Source of the DNA: an uncultured Methanoregulaceae archaeon
Lineage (GTDB): Archaea; Halobacteriota; Methanomicrobia; Methanomicrobiales; Methanospirillaceae
DNA length: 64,000 nt
Reading direction: 5' to 3'
NCBI GenBank assembly: GCA_963768845.1
Contig: CAVYJJ010000014.1
Location: 201,371 to 265,370 of the forward strand
A program made the translations under genes and the position numbers. The notes beneath the pieces were generated by a model. It was not told where the DNA came from and did no database searches. It saw nothing but the letters and a program-made list of their open reading frames with translations. Below, piece after piece: positions 34,588-47,078 of the stretch (the stretch's first letter is position 1; each line of letters opens with the position of its first letter).

Positions 34588-36381
34588 TCATATTCGCTTG
34601 AACATGGTATCAAGATCATTCCTGCTGAACCTGATCATCGTCGGTCTGACCGTGAGGACACGTGAAGGGATTTTTTGCATACCGGATCTGCTGCACCAGG
34701 CGCTGGCACTGCTCACGGGAACAGACCGTTCCTGCTTTGATGGCACCGCGACATGCAATAATACGGGCAATTTTTTCCCGGTTATTTACGGTTTTCACCG
34801 CCTCATCATTGACCAGATCACTGACCATGGCATCGATCATTGCTGTGTCCTCAAGTTTCCCAAGGACTACGGGAATTGCCCGAACCAGGAATGTATCCCT
34901 GCCGAATTCCTCAAGAACGAAGCCTTCCTGAGCAAGTGCCGGGAGAATATCCCGGAGGATGGATGCCTCTTTTAGAGTGCGTTTCAGCAGTACCGGGACG
35001 ATTAGTTCCTGTGACCGATGAATACCTTCAGTTCGCGTAGTGACCTGCTCGTACAGGATACGTTCGTGAATAGCGTGCTGGTCAATCAGGATCAATTCAC
35101 CGGCATCCGTTGTAGCCAGAATATAAATCCCCCCGAACTGCCCTATAACCTCCATGACCGGGATTTTTACATCGGGCGGTGTAATGCCGGTCCTGAGTTC
35201 AGTCTGTCGCAGTTGTCGGTCAGTCAAAAAAGACCCGTATGCATCGTTTCCCTTATTCCTTCGGGAAGTGATCCGGAAAAATTATAATGCACATCTGATC
35301 CAACCTCCGTGTTCTTACGGGGTTCGCTAATCTGCAACTCTGAAGGTTGACCAACACCAGGAATTAAATCATGGCTCAATAAAGCCGTGTTCACTGCTTC
35401 ACGTACTGCCTGGGTGATCTCTCCTTCCCTTGAAAGCCGCACCTGTTTTTTTGTGGGGTGCACATTTACATCGACAAGACTTGTATCAATCGTCAGGGAA
35501 AGGAACGCAACAGGGAACAGGTCTTTTGGGAGTAATGAACCATACCCATCCTTTATGGCCGCGGTGATGATTGCTGAAGATACATAACGTTGATTGATAG
35601 CTATCATCATCCGTGAGGTATCCTTTCGGGCAAGCGAAGGGCGCGATAGTGTACCCGGAAATTTTCATGAATGGAAGAGACAGATGTACCGGGACGAGGT
35701 CTTTTGCTACCTCACTGCCATAGAGGCGGGCAATGGTATCGAGCAGGAGAACCGTGCGATCCGTCACCAGTTGTTCACGACGATTGAAAAACAGACGAAA
35801 TGAAATCTCCGGATGGGCGAGGCATATACCTTCCAGAAGAGCGTGAATGTGTGCAATCTCGGTATTTTTACTCTTCTGGAATTTTTTTCGAGCCGGAGTG
35901 TTATAGAAAAGATCTTCGACGAGTACACTGGTCCCTTCTGGTGTCCCGATCTCTGATTTTTTGAGTATTTTCCCCCCTTCAACAACGACTTTTATCCCGG
36001 ATACACTCGTGCCGCGAAGTCGTGTAATCAGCGTGATCCGGGCGACCGCGGCAATACTGGCAAGGGCTTCGCCACGGAAGCCGAGTGTGTTTATGTGATT
36101 AAGATCTTCGATTCCGGCTATCTTGCTGGTTGCATGAGGCGTGAAAGCAAGTACCTGCATCATCCGGAGACATCCCAATGCCATCGTCCGTTATCCGGAT
36201 ACTTTCAATCCCGTCTGTTGAGGATGAAATGTCCATACGTATGGAATGAGCCCCGGCATCAATCGCATTTTCCACAAGTTCTTTCACTACAGAAGCAGGG
36301 CGTTCAACTATCTTCACCGGCGGCTATCTTGTTGACCGTTGCCTGGTCAAGGAGGTGGATAGTAGAGTTTCTGGCCGTCAT
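34588..36381 (-). CDS. mutL: DNA mismatch repair endonuclease MutL (several frameshifts)
   Basis: [57 protein letters not shown]. Confidence 0.93.
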
Positions 36382-39056
36382 AATTTGGTTCCTTTCTGGA
36401 CCAGCATATTCCGTAGTTCGGCAATAATGGCAAGTGCCTGCAGGGGAGTTATAGCGTCAGGATTGATACCGGCGAGTTTTTCAAGTGCCGGGTGCGTTAT
36501 GACGGGTTCTGGAGGGTTTTCATTGTCGAATAAAAGGATCTGGGTATAACGCTGGGGACGGGTGCCGGAAGGAACATCACGGTTCATGGTCTCGGTTAGA
36601 ATACTATCAGCACGCTCTGTCACTTTTTTTGGGATACCAGCAAGTCGTGCGACATGAATACCATAACTTTTATCAGTCGCACCAGGTATGAGTTTCCGCA
36701 GGAAAATCACTTCATTCTTTGTCTCTTTTACGGCAAAATGATAATTTTTCACCCTTTTTAGTACCATCTTCGATTTCAACAAGGTCATGGAAGTGCGTGG
36801 CAAAGAGTGTTTCGGCCGGCACCTGACTTTCCGTGAAGGTATTCCAGAACCGCCTTTGCAATCGAGCAGCCATCTGCTGTGCTCGTACCTCTGCCAATCT
36901 CATCGAGTATTACGAGACTTCTGGGAGTCACATTGTTAAGAATATTTGCAAGTTCGAGCATCTCGACAAAAAACGTACTCTTCCGCTTGCAAGATCATCA
37001 AAAGCACCAACGCGGGTAAATATGCGATCAAGAATCCCGATACTGGCGTGCCGCGCCGGTATAAAACTGCCTGCCTGAGCCATTATGCAGATGAGTGCCA
37101 CCGCCCGCATGTACGTGGACTTTCCTGCCATATTTGCCCCGGTAATGATCATTACCTGTGTGCCCGTGCTGGACAGATCGGTATCATTTGGAACAAATGC
37201 TCCAAAAACACCCTGCTCGACAACCGGATGTCGTCCGTCCCTTATGATTATTGCATCACCGGAATTCAACTGCGGGCGTATGTAATCACGGGTTTTGGCA
37301 ATTTCTGCAAGGGATGATGATGTATCCAGAATAGCAGTTCCACGGGCGATAGCCTGGATTTCAGGAATAATAGCGCGTAATGTTTCAACCAGTCCTGAGT
37401 AGAGTTCACGCTCAAGTGCAAGGACACGCTCATCAGCATTGGTTATAAGTGTCTCTTTTTCTTTGAGTTCGGGGAGAATATATCGCTCACCGGTTGCGGT
37501 GGTCTGGCGACGTTCATAATGTGAGGGGACCAGATGAAGATTTGGTTTGGTTATATCGATATAATAACCAAAAATTCTGTTATACCCGATTTTGAGAGAT
37601 TTAATCGCCGTCTTTTCACGCTCTTTCTGCTCGAGTTCTAAAATCCAGCCCTTTCCTGAGTGCAGAACACCTTTGAGAGTATCGAGATCGTTTGAATAAC
37701 CCTGCCTGACAACACCGCCATTGCGAGCTAAAGAAGGGGGATCATCAAGAATTGCTCTTCGGATCAGGTGAGTGCTATCGGGCAAATCATGGAGATCTTT
37801 TAGGGAGTTAAGGATATGATCCGGAATATCAGCATTACTGAAATCCTGAAATGAATTCCTCAATTCCGGGAGTGATTCGAGGGTTTCGGCAAGCGCGACA
37901 AGGTCACGGGGCCCGGCGTTCCCATACGCGATTCTGGCTGCAATTCGCTCAATATCAGCAAACCGGAAAAGAAGTGATCTGACTGCAAGCCGGACAGGTG
38001 TATTGTTTATAAAAAATTCAATCGCGTCCAGCCTTTTATTGATCTCTTCAATATCGGTAATGGGACGTGACAGGCGCTGGGCAAGCATCCGGCTTCCCAT
38101 CGATGTTTTAGTAAGGTTCAGACAGGAGAGAAGAGTTGCTCCTTTTGCATCATACCGGATGTTTTCCTTGATTTCCAGATTACGGAGTGTGATTGCATCC
38201 AGCATCAGGTCCTGTTCGGATGAACGTAAAAAGAGACTGCTGATATGGCTCAGTGACGAGCGCTGTGTCTCTTTGGCATACGAAAGTGCTGCACCTGCTG
38301 CACTGATTGCTGCAGGAAAATCATCACATCCATACCCGGCAAGTGAACCGACATGAAAGTGTTTGAGAAGAATATCCCGTGCCCGCTGTTCGGAGAATTC
38401 CCGATCGTTCAGGCAGGAGACAACAACCCCTCTGTCACGGATTTTCTGCTTGAGTTTATCATCAATTGTTGACGGAAGGATACATTCTCCGGGCGGTTAC
38501 GGGCAATTTCTGATAGAATATTCAAAAAACCATTGTCGTGATCTACCATTGTTACAAAAAATTCCCCGGTGGATATGTCAAGAAGTGCAATTCCCCAGTG
38601 ACTGCTTTTCATATCAGGACAGAGTGCAAGCAGACTTGATGAGCCCGAGGAGGAAAGCATGGTCGAGTCGATTACCGTACCTGGAGTAATCACCCGCATC
38701 AGCTCTCGTTTGACGATCCCTTTTGAGTTTTTTGTATCCCCGACCTGTTCAACAATGGCTACTTTATAGCCCTTTCCCACAAGTTTGGCGATATATCCAT
38801 CTGCAGAATGATATGGCACTCCCGCTAAAGGGATCTTCTTATCCCCGCTTTTTGAGCGTGAGGTAAGAACGATTTCCAGTTCACGGGAAATCAGCTCAGC
38901 ATCGCTTTCAAAGGTTTCATAAAAATCACCAATCCGGAAAAATAGTATCGTATCCGGGTACTTATCCTTGATCTCATGATACTGCCGCATAACCGGTGTG
39001 AGACGAATACCATTTTCAGGACTTGCCGAACGGTCAGGGAAAGACTCGTTAATCAT
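36378..39056 (-). CDS. mutS: DNA mismatch repair protein MutS1 (several frameshifts)
   Basis: [58 protein letters not shown]. Confidence 0.93.
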
Positions 39057-39119
39057 ACCTGCAGAAAAATAGCCTTTTGGATCAATTAATACCGATCTAA
39101 TTACAATGTGCGCGTGTTT

Positions 39120-39851
39120 TTAACATTTTCCATGAACATACAGGATTATCAGGGGAATGGAGATCACCAGTGCAATAATCCCAAACACCAGACCCAGAGA
39201 AAAGCCAATACTGAGGAAGTACACAAATCCCTCAAGGATGCTGCCCGCCAGGGGGTTGGAACTCCAGACGATCAGCATCCCAACCATCGTTACGATACCG
39301 ATCCCAATCGCTGCATTTTTTATATCCTGGTTGCTCGGTGCAACCGAAAGCACAAGCGTGAGAGTCAGGTACAGGTAGACAAGGAACCAGGGGTTGAAAC
39401 GGATAATGATATTCGAAGTAAATATGCCAAGAATACCAGTAAAAATTCCAAAAAGAGCATCCATTGAATTAACATTTCCTGGCATCGGTGGAAATACACA
39501 CCCAAGGTACTCTGAAAAGATCCAGGTACACCCGGCCAGTATCAGAGGGATGCAGAAAAGCGGCGCAAGGTTAATCACCAGGTCACCAATATAGGGAATT
39601 TTCGGGGATGCATATGTCACCGAGCCCCCACTCTTTGAAAAATACACTACTTTTTTTACTTTTGCCCCGGTAATCATGCATCCCAAAACATGACTTAATT
39701 CATGAATAATCACCCCGGGGGCGCGGAGGAGGGAATAAAAAAACCTCATAGTGAGAAACTGAGCCCACAGAATATCAAGTGTTCGGGAGATGAGTATTAC
39801 GATAATCCCCATAAGAATAACTAAAAGAAATGCTCCGGTAATCAAGACCAT
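39120..39851 (-). CDS. Membrane zinc metalloprotease-like protein (M50/DUF3267-like)
   Basis: PGVIIHELSH (HExxH), LAP, APSNQD, multiple TM. Confidence 0.7.
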   Translation of the reverse strand: MVLITGAFLLVILMGIIVILISRTLDILWAQFLTMRFFYSLLRAPGVIIHELSHVLGCMITGAKVKKVVYFSKSGGSVTYASPKIPYIGDLVINLAPLFCIPLILAGCTWIFSEYLGCVFPPMPGNVNSMDALFGIFTGILGIFTSNIIIRFNPWFLVYLYLTLTLVLSVAPSNQDIKNAAIGIGIVTMVGMLIVWSSNPLAGSILEGFVYFLSIGFSLGLVFGIIALVISIPLIILYVHGKC

Positions 39852-39950
39852 TATTCCTTATACCCACTTTGTTTGGTACCAGCGAACACATAACTTCACC
39901 GCTGTAACAGACTGCTTTTTTTAAAAAACCTCATTATCTCAAACTGCATA

Positions 39951-42097
39951 ATGGCAGATATGACGCTGGAGAACCGTTCACCAGGGCCATCACACTCTAT
40001 TGATGAAGTAAAGCATAACCGCCTAATTCATGAAAAGAGTCCTTACCTTCTCCAGCATGCAACGAACCCGGTCGACTGGTATCCATGGGGTGCCGAAGCA
40101 TTCTTTCGGGCGGCAGAGGAGGATAAACCAGTTTTTCTTTCCATCGGGTATGCTACGTGTCACTGGTGTCATGTAATGGCACATGAATCTTTTGAAGACA
40201 GAGATATTGCAGATTTATTGAACAGGGATTTTATCTGTATCAAGGTGGACCGCGAGGAACGCCCGGATATTGACAGTATCTATATGACCGTATGTCAGAT
40301 GTTAACCGGACAAGGGGGGTGGCCGCTCACGGTCATTATGACGTCGGAGAAGAAACCATTCTTTTCCGGTACGTATTTCCCCAGGGAGAGCCGGTTGGCA
40401 TCACCGGACTCAAAGACCTCCTTCCCCGGATCACCAGATTATGGCATGAGAAGCGAGAAGATCTCATCAGATCTGCAGATCGGATTACCATTGCTCTCCA
40501 TCAGGAACAGGAAACCTCCCCTACGGGTATTCCAGATATTTCACTTCTTAATCATGGATATGAGGAACTCGTGCTTCGGTTTGACCCGGAATATGGGGGG
40601 TTTGGCCGTGCTCCAAAATTTCCAACTCCGCATACAGTGCTCTTCCTGTTACGGTTCTGGAGGCGTACAGGAAACAAGCGCGCTCTTTTAATGGTCGAAA
40701 AGACGCTCCGTGAGATGCGTTCGGGTGGCATTTTTGACCAGATAGGAGGTGGGTTTCACCGGTATTCAACAGATGCACAATGGCGTGTACCGCATTTTGA
40801 AAAAATGCTCTATGACCAGGCACTCTTACTCATGGTCTATACTGAAGCGTATCAGGTGTTTCAGAAGCCTGATTTCCGCAGAACTGCTGAAGAAATTATA
40901 ACCTACGCCATTCGCGACCTGGCATCTCCGGAGGGTGCCTTTTATTCGGCGGAGGATGCCGATAGTGCAGGAGGCGAAGGAACTTTTTATCTCTGGACCT
41001 CGCAGGAGATGGAGACTATTCTTGGAAAGGATGACGCAATGTATGCAATGCGGTTATTCAATGTGACGCCATCCGGAAATTATCACAAAGGGGAAAGCGG
41101 AAATGCCCAGAATATTCTTTTCCTTTCACCACCGATGACTGAATCGGAATCTTCACCGGGTTTACCAGAAGGTAATCCCGTATTGAGACTCGACTCCATC
41201 AGGGCCAGACTCCTTGCTGCACGATCACAGCGGCCCCGGCCATCACGGGATGATAAAATCCTGACAGACTGGAATGGTCTTTTTATCGCAGCGCTTGCCC
41301 GGGCTGCCCGGACATTCAACAACGATGGTTACCTGACAGCAGCAAGAAGTGCAATGGAGTTTATCCTGATCCATATGCGTGATTCTGATGGCAGACTCCT
41401 GCACCGGTATCGTAATGGGGAGAGTGCAATTCCGGCTTTTGCCGATGATTATGCATTCACTGTCAAAGCATTGATTGATCTCTACGAATCTGCATTTGAA
41501 CCGTCCTACCTGCAATCGGCACTCGAACTGAACACCTTGTTCCTTGAACATTTCTGGGACGACGTGAAAGGAGGTTTTTTCACACTATCAGACGATGCTG
41601 AGGTTCTCCTGGTTCGTAAAAAGGAATTTTATGACGGAGCAATCCCGTCATGTAACTCCGTCGCATTGGAAAACCTGATACGGCTTGCACATCTTACGGG
41701 CGACGCAGAGATGGATGAGCGGGCTTTTGAACTTTCGCGTTGTTTTGTTCCATTCGTTCACCAATCTCCCTCATCACATACCTGGTACCTGTGCGCTCTC
41801 GATAACGCCATTGGACCTCTTCAGGACGTCGTTATTGTTGGTGAACGGGATGCAAAGGATACGAAAATACTGATACATGCACTGTATAATCATTATCTTC
41901 CTCACGTCCTGGTAATCTATCGGCCACCGGGAACCTCCCCATACCTGCTCAATACCATTGCTCCCTTTACGCATAATCTGAATGCGATCGGAGGTAAGGC
42001 AACTGCATACATTTGTACTGGTCATACCTGCACCATTCCAACTACAGAATCACATAAGATGCTGGAATTGTTATCAGGATTGGATTTTGGGAAATAG
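39951..42097 (+). CDS. YyaL/SSP411 thioredoxin plus alpha/alpha-barrel protein (frameshift near 40390)
   Basis: [65 protein letters not shown]. Confidence 0.92.
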
Positions 42098-42161
42098 CAA
42101 AAAAGCCTGATACAGTACATGGTAAAAAATAATTAAGATTTACCTTATCAGGAGAGAGAAA

Positions 42162-42639
42162 TCAGAGATTTTTCAGGGCAACGAGATCCTTGACACCGAC
42201 CAGTTTCCAGACAAGCGATCGCTCCTCTTCAGCAATTGCAGCCGGGGGATCCAGCGGGGAATGGCCAAGAGCTGCAAGGATGTTGCACGAGAGATTGCGC
42301 TCAACAATCAGGTCCACGAATTTTTCCCGGATGATCTGTCTTCTCAATTGAATCGTGGACTTCTTCAAGATATCCCTGCAGGGTCACAAACGTGTAGGAG
42401 GACAGATCTTTTGTGTATTTTTCGATCTCTACGGAAACATAGGGGCTTTTACGGAAATATTCGATTTTTTTCCCGTATTTTGTTGAGAGGAAATACAGGA
42501 ATGAGCCGTCGAAGACATAGAGGAACGGTGCGATATACGGGTATTTTTCACCCTGGAATGCGATCCGGCAGACGTAGCCTTTCTCAATCAGCCGGTCGTA
42601 TTCCTGTTTTTCCATCCGCGGGATCTTAATAATTTCCAT
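42162..42639 (-). CDS. Pyridoxamine 5'-phosphate oxidase-like flavin-binding protein (frameshift near 42340)
   Basis: VCRIAF, YPYIAPFLY, YGKKIEY, VSVEIE split-barrel pattern. Confidence 0.8.
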
Positions 42640-42717
42640 AGATTCACAACAATCTGCATTCCCAACATTAGAAGATAAACCTTGTTAATTTTTGTCGGAA
42701 TAATAAAAGAATTAAAA

Positions 42718-44086
42718 TTATTTTTCAATCGGGAAACCTGCCCGTTTCCATGCCGTCATTCCCCCGAGAACATTGGTTACCTCATGATAGTTGTGTATGG
42801 CCAGGAAACTCGCTGCAAGACTTCCCTTGTACCCGGCATCGCAATAAACGACGATGGGTTTATTCGTCGGAATTTCATCCAGATGCTGTGGCAGTTCTCC
42901 GATATAAATGTGGTGCGAACCAGGATATGACCCGACAGCGCGCCGGTTTTTGATATCCCGCACATCAAGAATGAACGGTGTTTCTTTTTCAAGGCGCTCC
43001 TTTAATTGCTGGACCGAACACGTTGGTACAGTGCCGATATCCTGGGCTGCTTTTGTCCATGCCGGAAATCCTCCGGAAAGCACTCCTGCAATATTATCAT
43101 ACCCCAGCCGGATAAAATGGACAAGGACCTGATCAAGGTCCAGATTGAAATCATCAACAATGATGATCGGTTTCTGGTAATCGAGGAACCACCCCATGAA
43201 CGCGGGAAGACCTTCGCGCCAGATAGAGATACTGCCCGGGATATGTCCTGCACCAAAACTGGTGGGTGACCGTATATCGATTACCTGGCAGCCGCGCATT
43301 TCTGAGATTGTTGATCTCAGGAATGGAGAGGGAGATCAGGTCTGGTATATGGTGCAGGAGTGATGCACCGTCCCGGTTCAATTTTTCCATCTGACGAAAA
43401 TAGGGCGGTACATACGGAGATTCAGTCACCCGTTGGGAAATAAAATGGTCCCTGCCTGCATGGAGGAAACGATTTGTCTGTTTTTCATAACCGATGGTGC
43501 TGAACGGGTGATCGGCAATTTCACCACCGCAGACAGACCCGGCCCCATGAGCAGGACAGAGTATCACCCCATCCCCCAGAGGAAGGATTTTGGTAACTAT
43601 GCTGTCATAGATTTTTGCAGCCATTTCCGCTTTACGTTCCTGTCCGAAAAAATCAGTCCGTGCAATATCACCGGCAAAAAGGGTATCGCCGGAAAATACC
43701 ATGTAGGGCTGATCGCTCACATCAGTGTCACGCAGCACGAGGGATATGCTCTCTTCAGTATGTCCCGGAGTCTCCAGGACCTGACACTACAAGCGATCCC
43801 AGGGTGAACGTATCTCCTTCTTTTACCGGATTTCCATAGGAAAACATCATCTTGTTCCATGAAAAATCCTGCCTCCGCATCGTTTCTGGAGTTCCAGCGA
43901 TCCTATAACATAATCCTCGTTCCGGTGGGTTTCGAAGATATGGGTAATGACCAGTCCATTCTGTTGTGCAATTTCAAGGTATATATCGCAGTCCCGGCGC
44001 GGATCGATCACCGCTGCCCTGCCACCGGATCCGATAAGATAGGAATTATGGGCAATTCCCTCAGAAACAATCCGTTCAAACAACAT
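42718..44086 (-). CDS. MBL-fold hydrolase fused to two rhodanese domains (two frameshifts)
   Basis: AHNSYL, VIDPRRD, THRNEDY, TPGHT, FSGDTLF, PAHGAGSVCG, DIRS...GHIPG, LDVR...VYCDAGYK. Confidence 0.85.
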
Positions 44087-44167
44087 ACTATCTTCCTGTC
44101 CGCCCGTGGAATTACACACTTGGTGGGTATAAAAGTTATGATGCAACGGGGGTTTCAGGCATAGCCC

Positions 44168-45470
44168 TTATTCTGCGATATATGGATAGTTCAGAAGGAC
44201 AGGTGTTTTATTTCCATCTGACAGGTGTTTGGATATGAGAGTGCAGATATGGGTCAGATTAACCGGAAGGTACCCTACCACTTCAGCACTAACGTTAATC
44301 TGACGATGCTCAAAGTTAATGAACGGGTAATTACGGAGATCATTGTTATGGTGATGACCATGGATAATCCAGCCATCGAATTCTGATTTTATGTCCGCAG
44401 GATCATGAATTAAGAGAAAACGAAAGCCCTGATGTTCCAGGGTAACAAAAGGAACCGAATCCGGTTCGGCTTCATCATGGTTTCCACTGATAAAGGTGAT
44501 TTGACCTTTGAGTTTTTTCCTGTACTCAAGTGCTGGCAGCGCATCCCGGCCGTACCGTAAGTCTCCCAGATGATACGCACGGTTCGCCGGTGAAATGGTA
44601 TAGTTCCAGTTTTTTATCAAGACGTGGTCCATTTCCCGGACATCAGAACTGAGAAATGGGCGCGAACAGTAGTTGATGATATTAGCATGACCGAGGTGGA
44701 GATCCCCGATAAGAAATATATCTTCAGGATTTGATGGCATTGGATCTGATCGTTCAAACCCGGATTTCTGCCTGAAGAGGGAGAGGGAATTTTGCCATGA
44801 TTTGCTCATATGGCTATAATCACCGCTGATCCACCGATTCTCCAGAAAATCAAACTCGGCGAATATCAGGTCCCCTCTCATGACGGTGAGTCTGAGTCCA
44901 TGTTCGTCGAGGGTTACCGGAGATACTGCATGCCCTCTTGTCCAGATAACCATGCATTGCACAAGATGCTTCAAACGTTGAAGGACACCCTGATCCGGCA
45001 CTGCCTTTTTCTGACCGGTGAGTACCGAAAAAACAGCCAATGCTCTATTCATGTTCAAACGATTTGCTACGGTTACATGAAACCATTTATTCTCAGGGCT
45101 GGTATCCCAGACATTGAGACTGTGGACCATCGTGGAGAGATTCTCCGCTAACGAAGATGTGAGATTTTTTAAGGGCTCTGAGGGTCTGACCGGGAAGGCA
45201 ATTACACTGCCGTGTATTCCCTCCCGCAGTTCCCATCCGTCAATGGTGAAGGGGATTGGACCGTATCCGTCAGGTACTCTTACCAATTGCATCGATAAGC
45301 TGCTTCGGACTGGTATCCTCATTCAGGGTCAGAGGCCCAAACAGGGTCACATGCGGATGCTGCTCAAGGTAACTTTCCAGCGAAAATAATCCACCGATAC
45401 GAGAAATTGTTTTCCTGATCCGCCATTTTGTCCTGCCGAGACGGATCTCAATAAGGTAAATATCGTCCAT
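44168..45470 (-). CDS. 2H phosphoesterase (2'-5' RNA ligase-like) fused to a calcineurin-like metallophosphoesterase (frameshift near 45280)
   Basis: Two HxT motifs (HPHVTLFGP, WFHVTVA), then GDLHLGH, HLGDL, GNHD, HGHHH. Confidence 0.8.
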
Positions 45471-45608
45471 GAAAGGCACTCTGCACGTATGTTCTATATG
45501 CGGTCTTTGTGGTTAAATCTTTGATTTGAGTTCTTCATCACAGTAATCAAACCTGGGGGAGTATGCCTTCACCATTACACTCTTGAGATTGCGAGCGAAT
45601 AGTATATC

Positions 45609-46310
45609 GTGGACAAAAAGAGGAATACCATAACAGATAACCCAGGTCCGGTACCTGCTCTTCTCTTTGACATGGACAATACCCTCTTTGATCTTGTCAA
45701 AGCCCAGATCGATGCATGTCAGGCTGTTGTGCACTATCTGGGTCTGGAAAAAGGCGAAGAACTTTTCTCGTATTTTTTATCTCCGGATCATGGGTTTGAA
45801 TCACATGAAAATATTCGCCAGTACATGAACGAACGAAGTCTTCCCCTTGACAATACGTTCAAAAAAGCCTGTCAGGTATATGAGACTGTCAAACTTCAGC
45901 AAATAACACCATACGAAGGCGTTTTGGAAACATTACAATTGCTCCAGGAACGGGGATATGACATGGGAATTGTGACAGATGCACATTCACGGGACGCAAC
46001 ATTACGTCTGGAAAAAAGCGGGTTACTCTCGTTTTTCTGCTGCATGGTCTCTTATGATATGGTGAAGGTGAAAAAACCGGCCCATGACCCATTCCTGTTC
46101 GCTCTCGAGATGATGAAAACCAGTCCCTCTGATGCGGTGCTGATTGGCGACAGTCCCAGAAGGGATATCGAACCCTGCAGGTATCTTGGGATACGGACGG
46201 TGTATGCCCGGTATGGGGACCGTTTCTCACATGACCGCACAAATGTCCCTGCCGATTTTGTGATTGATACCCTGGCTGAATTACCGGAGATACTCCTGAA
46301 ATTTTTATGA
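45609..46310 (+). CDS. HAD-superfamily hydrolase
   Basis: FDMDNTL, IVTD, KKP, IGDSPRRDI. Confidence 0.9.
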   Translation: MDKKRNTITDNPGPVPALLFDMDNTLFDLVKAQIDACQAVVHYLGLEKGEELFSYFLSPDHGFESHENIRQYMNERSLPLDNTFKKACQVYETVKLQQITPYEGVLETLQLLQERGYDMGIVTDAHSRDATLRLEKSGLLSFFCCMVSYDMVKVKKPAHDPFLFALEMMKTSPSDAVLIGDSPRRDIEPCRYLGIRTVYARYGDRFSHDRTNVPADFVIDTLAELPEILLKFL

Positions 46311-46460
46311 GCAGAGAAATTTCTTTTCATCCGGGTGGCATTAGTAAAGGAGCATTATAATTGGCGCGAATCGATTATATCCAGCATTAATCCCGTGTAA
46401 TGGCTTTTTTAAATCAATTTTGACCAAAACTTAAAGAAAGAAAAAGATACAATAAAAACT

Positions 46461-47003
46461 ATGTACGTTCCCACCAGGATCTTTTTCACAAAAGGAGTAG
46501 GTGTGCACAAAGACCGTCTTGCATCTTTTGAACTTGCGTTGAGAAAGGCTGGTGTTGAAAAGTGTAATCTGGTATACGTTTCAAGCATATTCCCCCCGAA
46601 ATGTAAACAAATATCAAAATCGGAAGGATTGAAATGCCTTCAGCCGGGGGGCATCACCTTTTGTGTCATGGCAAGAAATGAGACAAACGAGCCTAACCGC
46701 CTCGTTTCAGCCGCAATTGGTCTTGCCCTTCCCAGCGATTCTGATGAGTATGGTTATCTGTCTGAACATCATGCTTTTGGAGAAACACAGGAAAAAACCG
46801 GTGAATATGCTGAGGATCTTGCAGCAACGATGCTCGCAACAACACTTGGTATCGAATTCGATGTAAATGCTGCCTGGTCAGAGCGCGAACAGACCTATAA
46901 AGCGAGTGGAAAAATTATTAAAACCCAGAATGTCTGCCAGTCAGCAGAAGGGGACAAAAATGGTCTCTGGACCACCACAATTGCTGTGGCAGTATTTTTA
47001 TAA
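46461..47003 (+). CDS. pdaD: Pyruvoyl-dependent arginine decarboxylase
   Basis: [21 protein letters not shown] self-cleavage site, [22 protein letters not shown]. Confidence 0.92.
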   Translation: MYVPTRIFFTKGVGVHKDRLASFELALRKAGVEKCNLVYVSSIFPPKCKQISKSEGLKCLQPGGITFCVMARNETNEPNRLVSAAIGLALPSDSDEYGYLSEHHAFGETQEKTGEYAEDLAATMLATTLGIEFDVNAAWSEREQTYKASGKIIKTQNVCQSAEGDKNGLWTTTIAVAVFL

Positions 47004-47078
47004 CTGACCGCCACGAGTATACTTTTTCCCCTAACGGTTCTTTATTTTAATAACAAGAGTCCGGATACCTTGTTACGG

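Noticed and set aside
34588-39056. mutS/mutL as true pseudogenes (mutator lineage)
   Set aside because: Indel density matches that in essential genes such as psmB, aCPSF1 and pan, and all catalytic motifs are intact.
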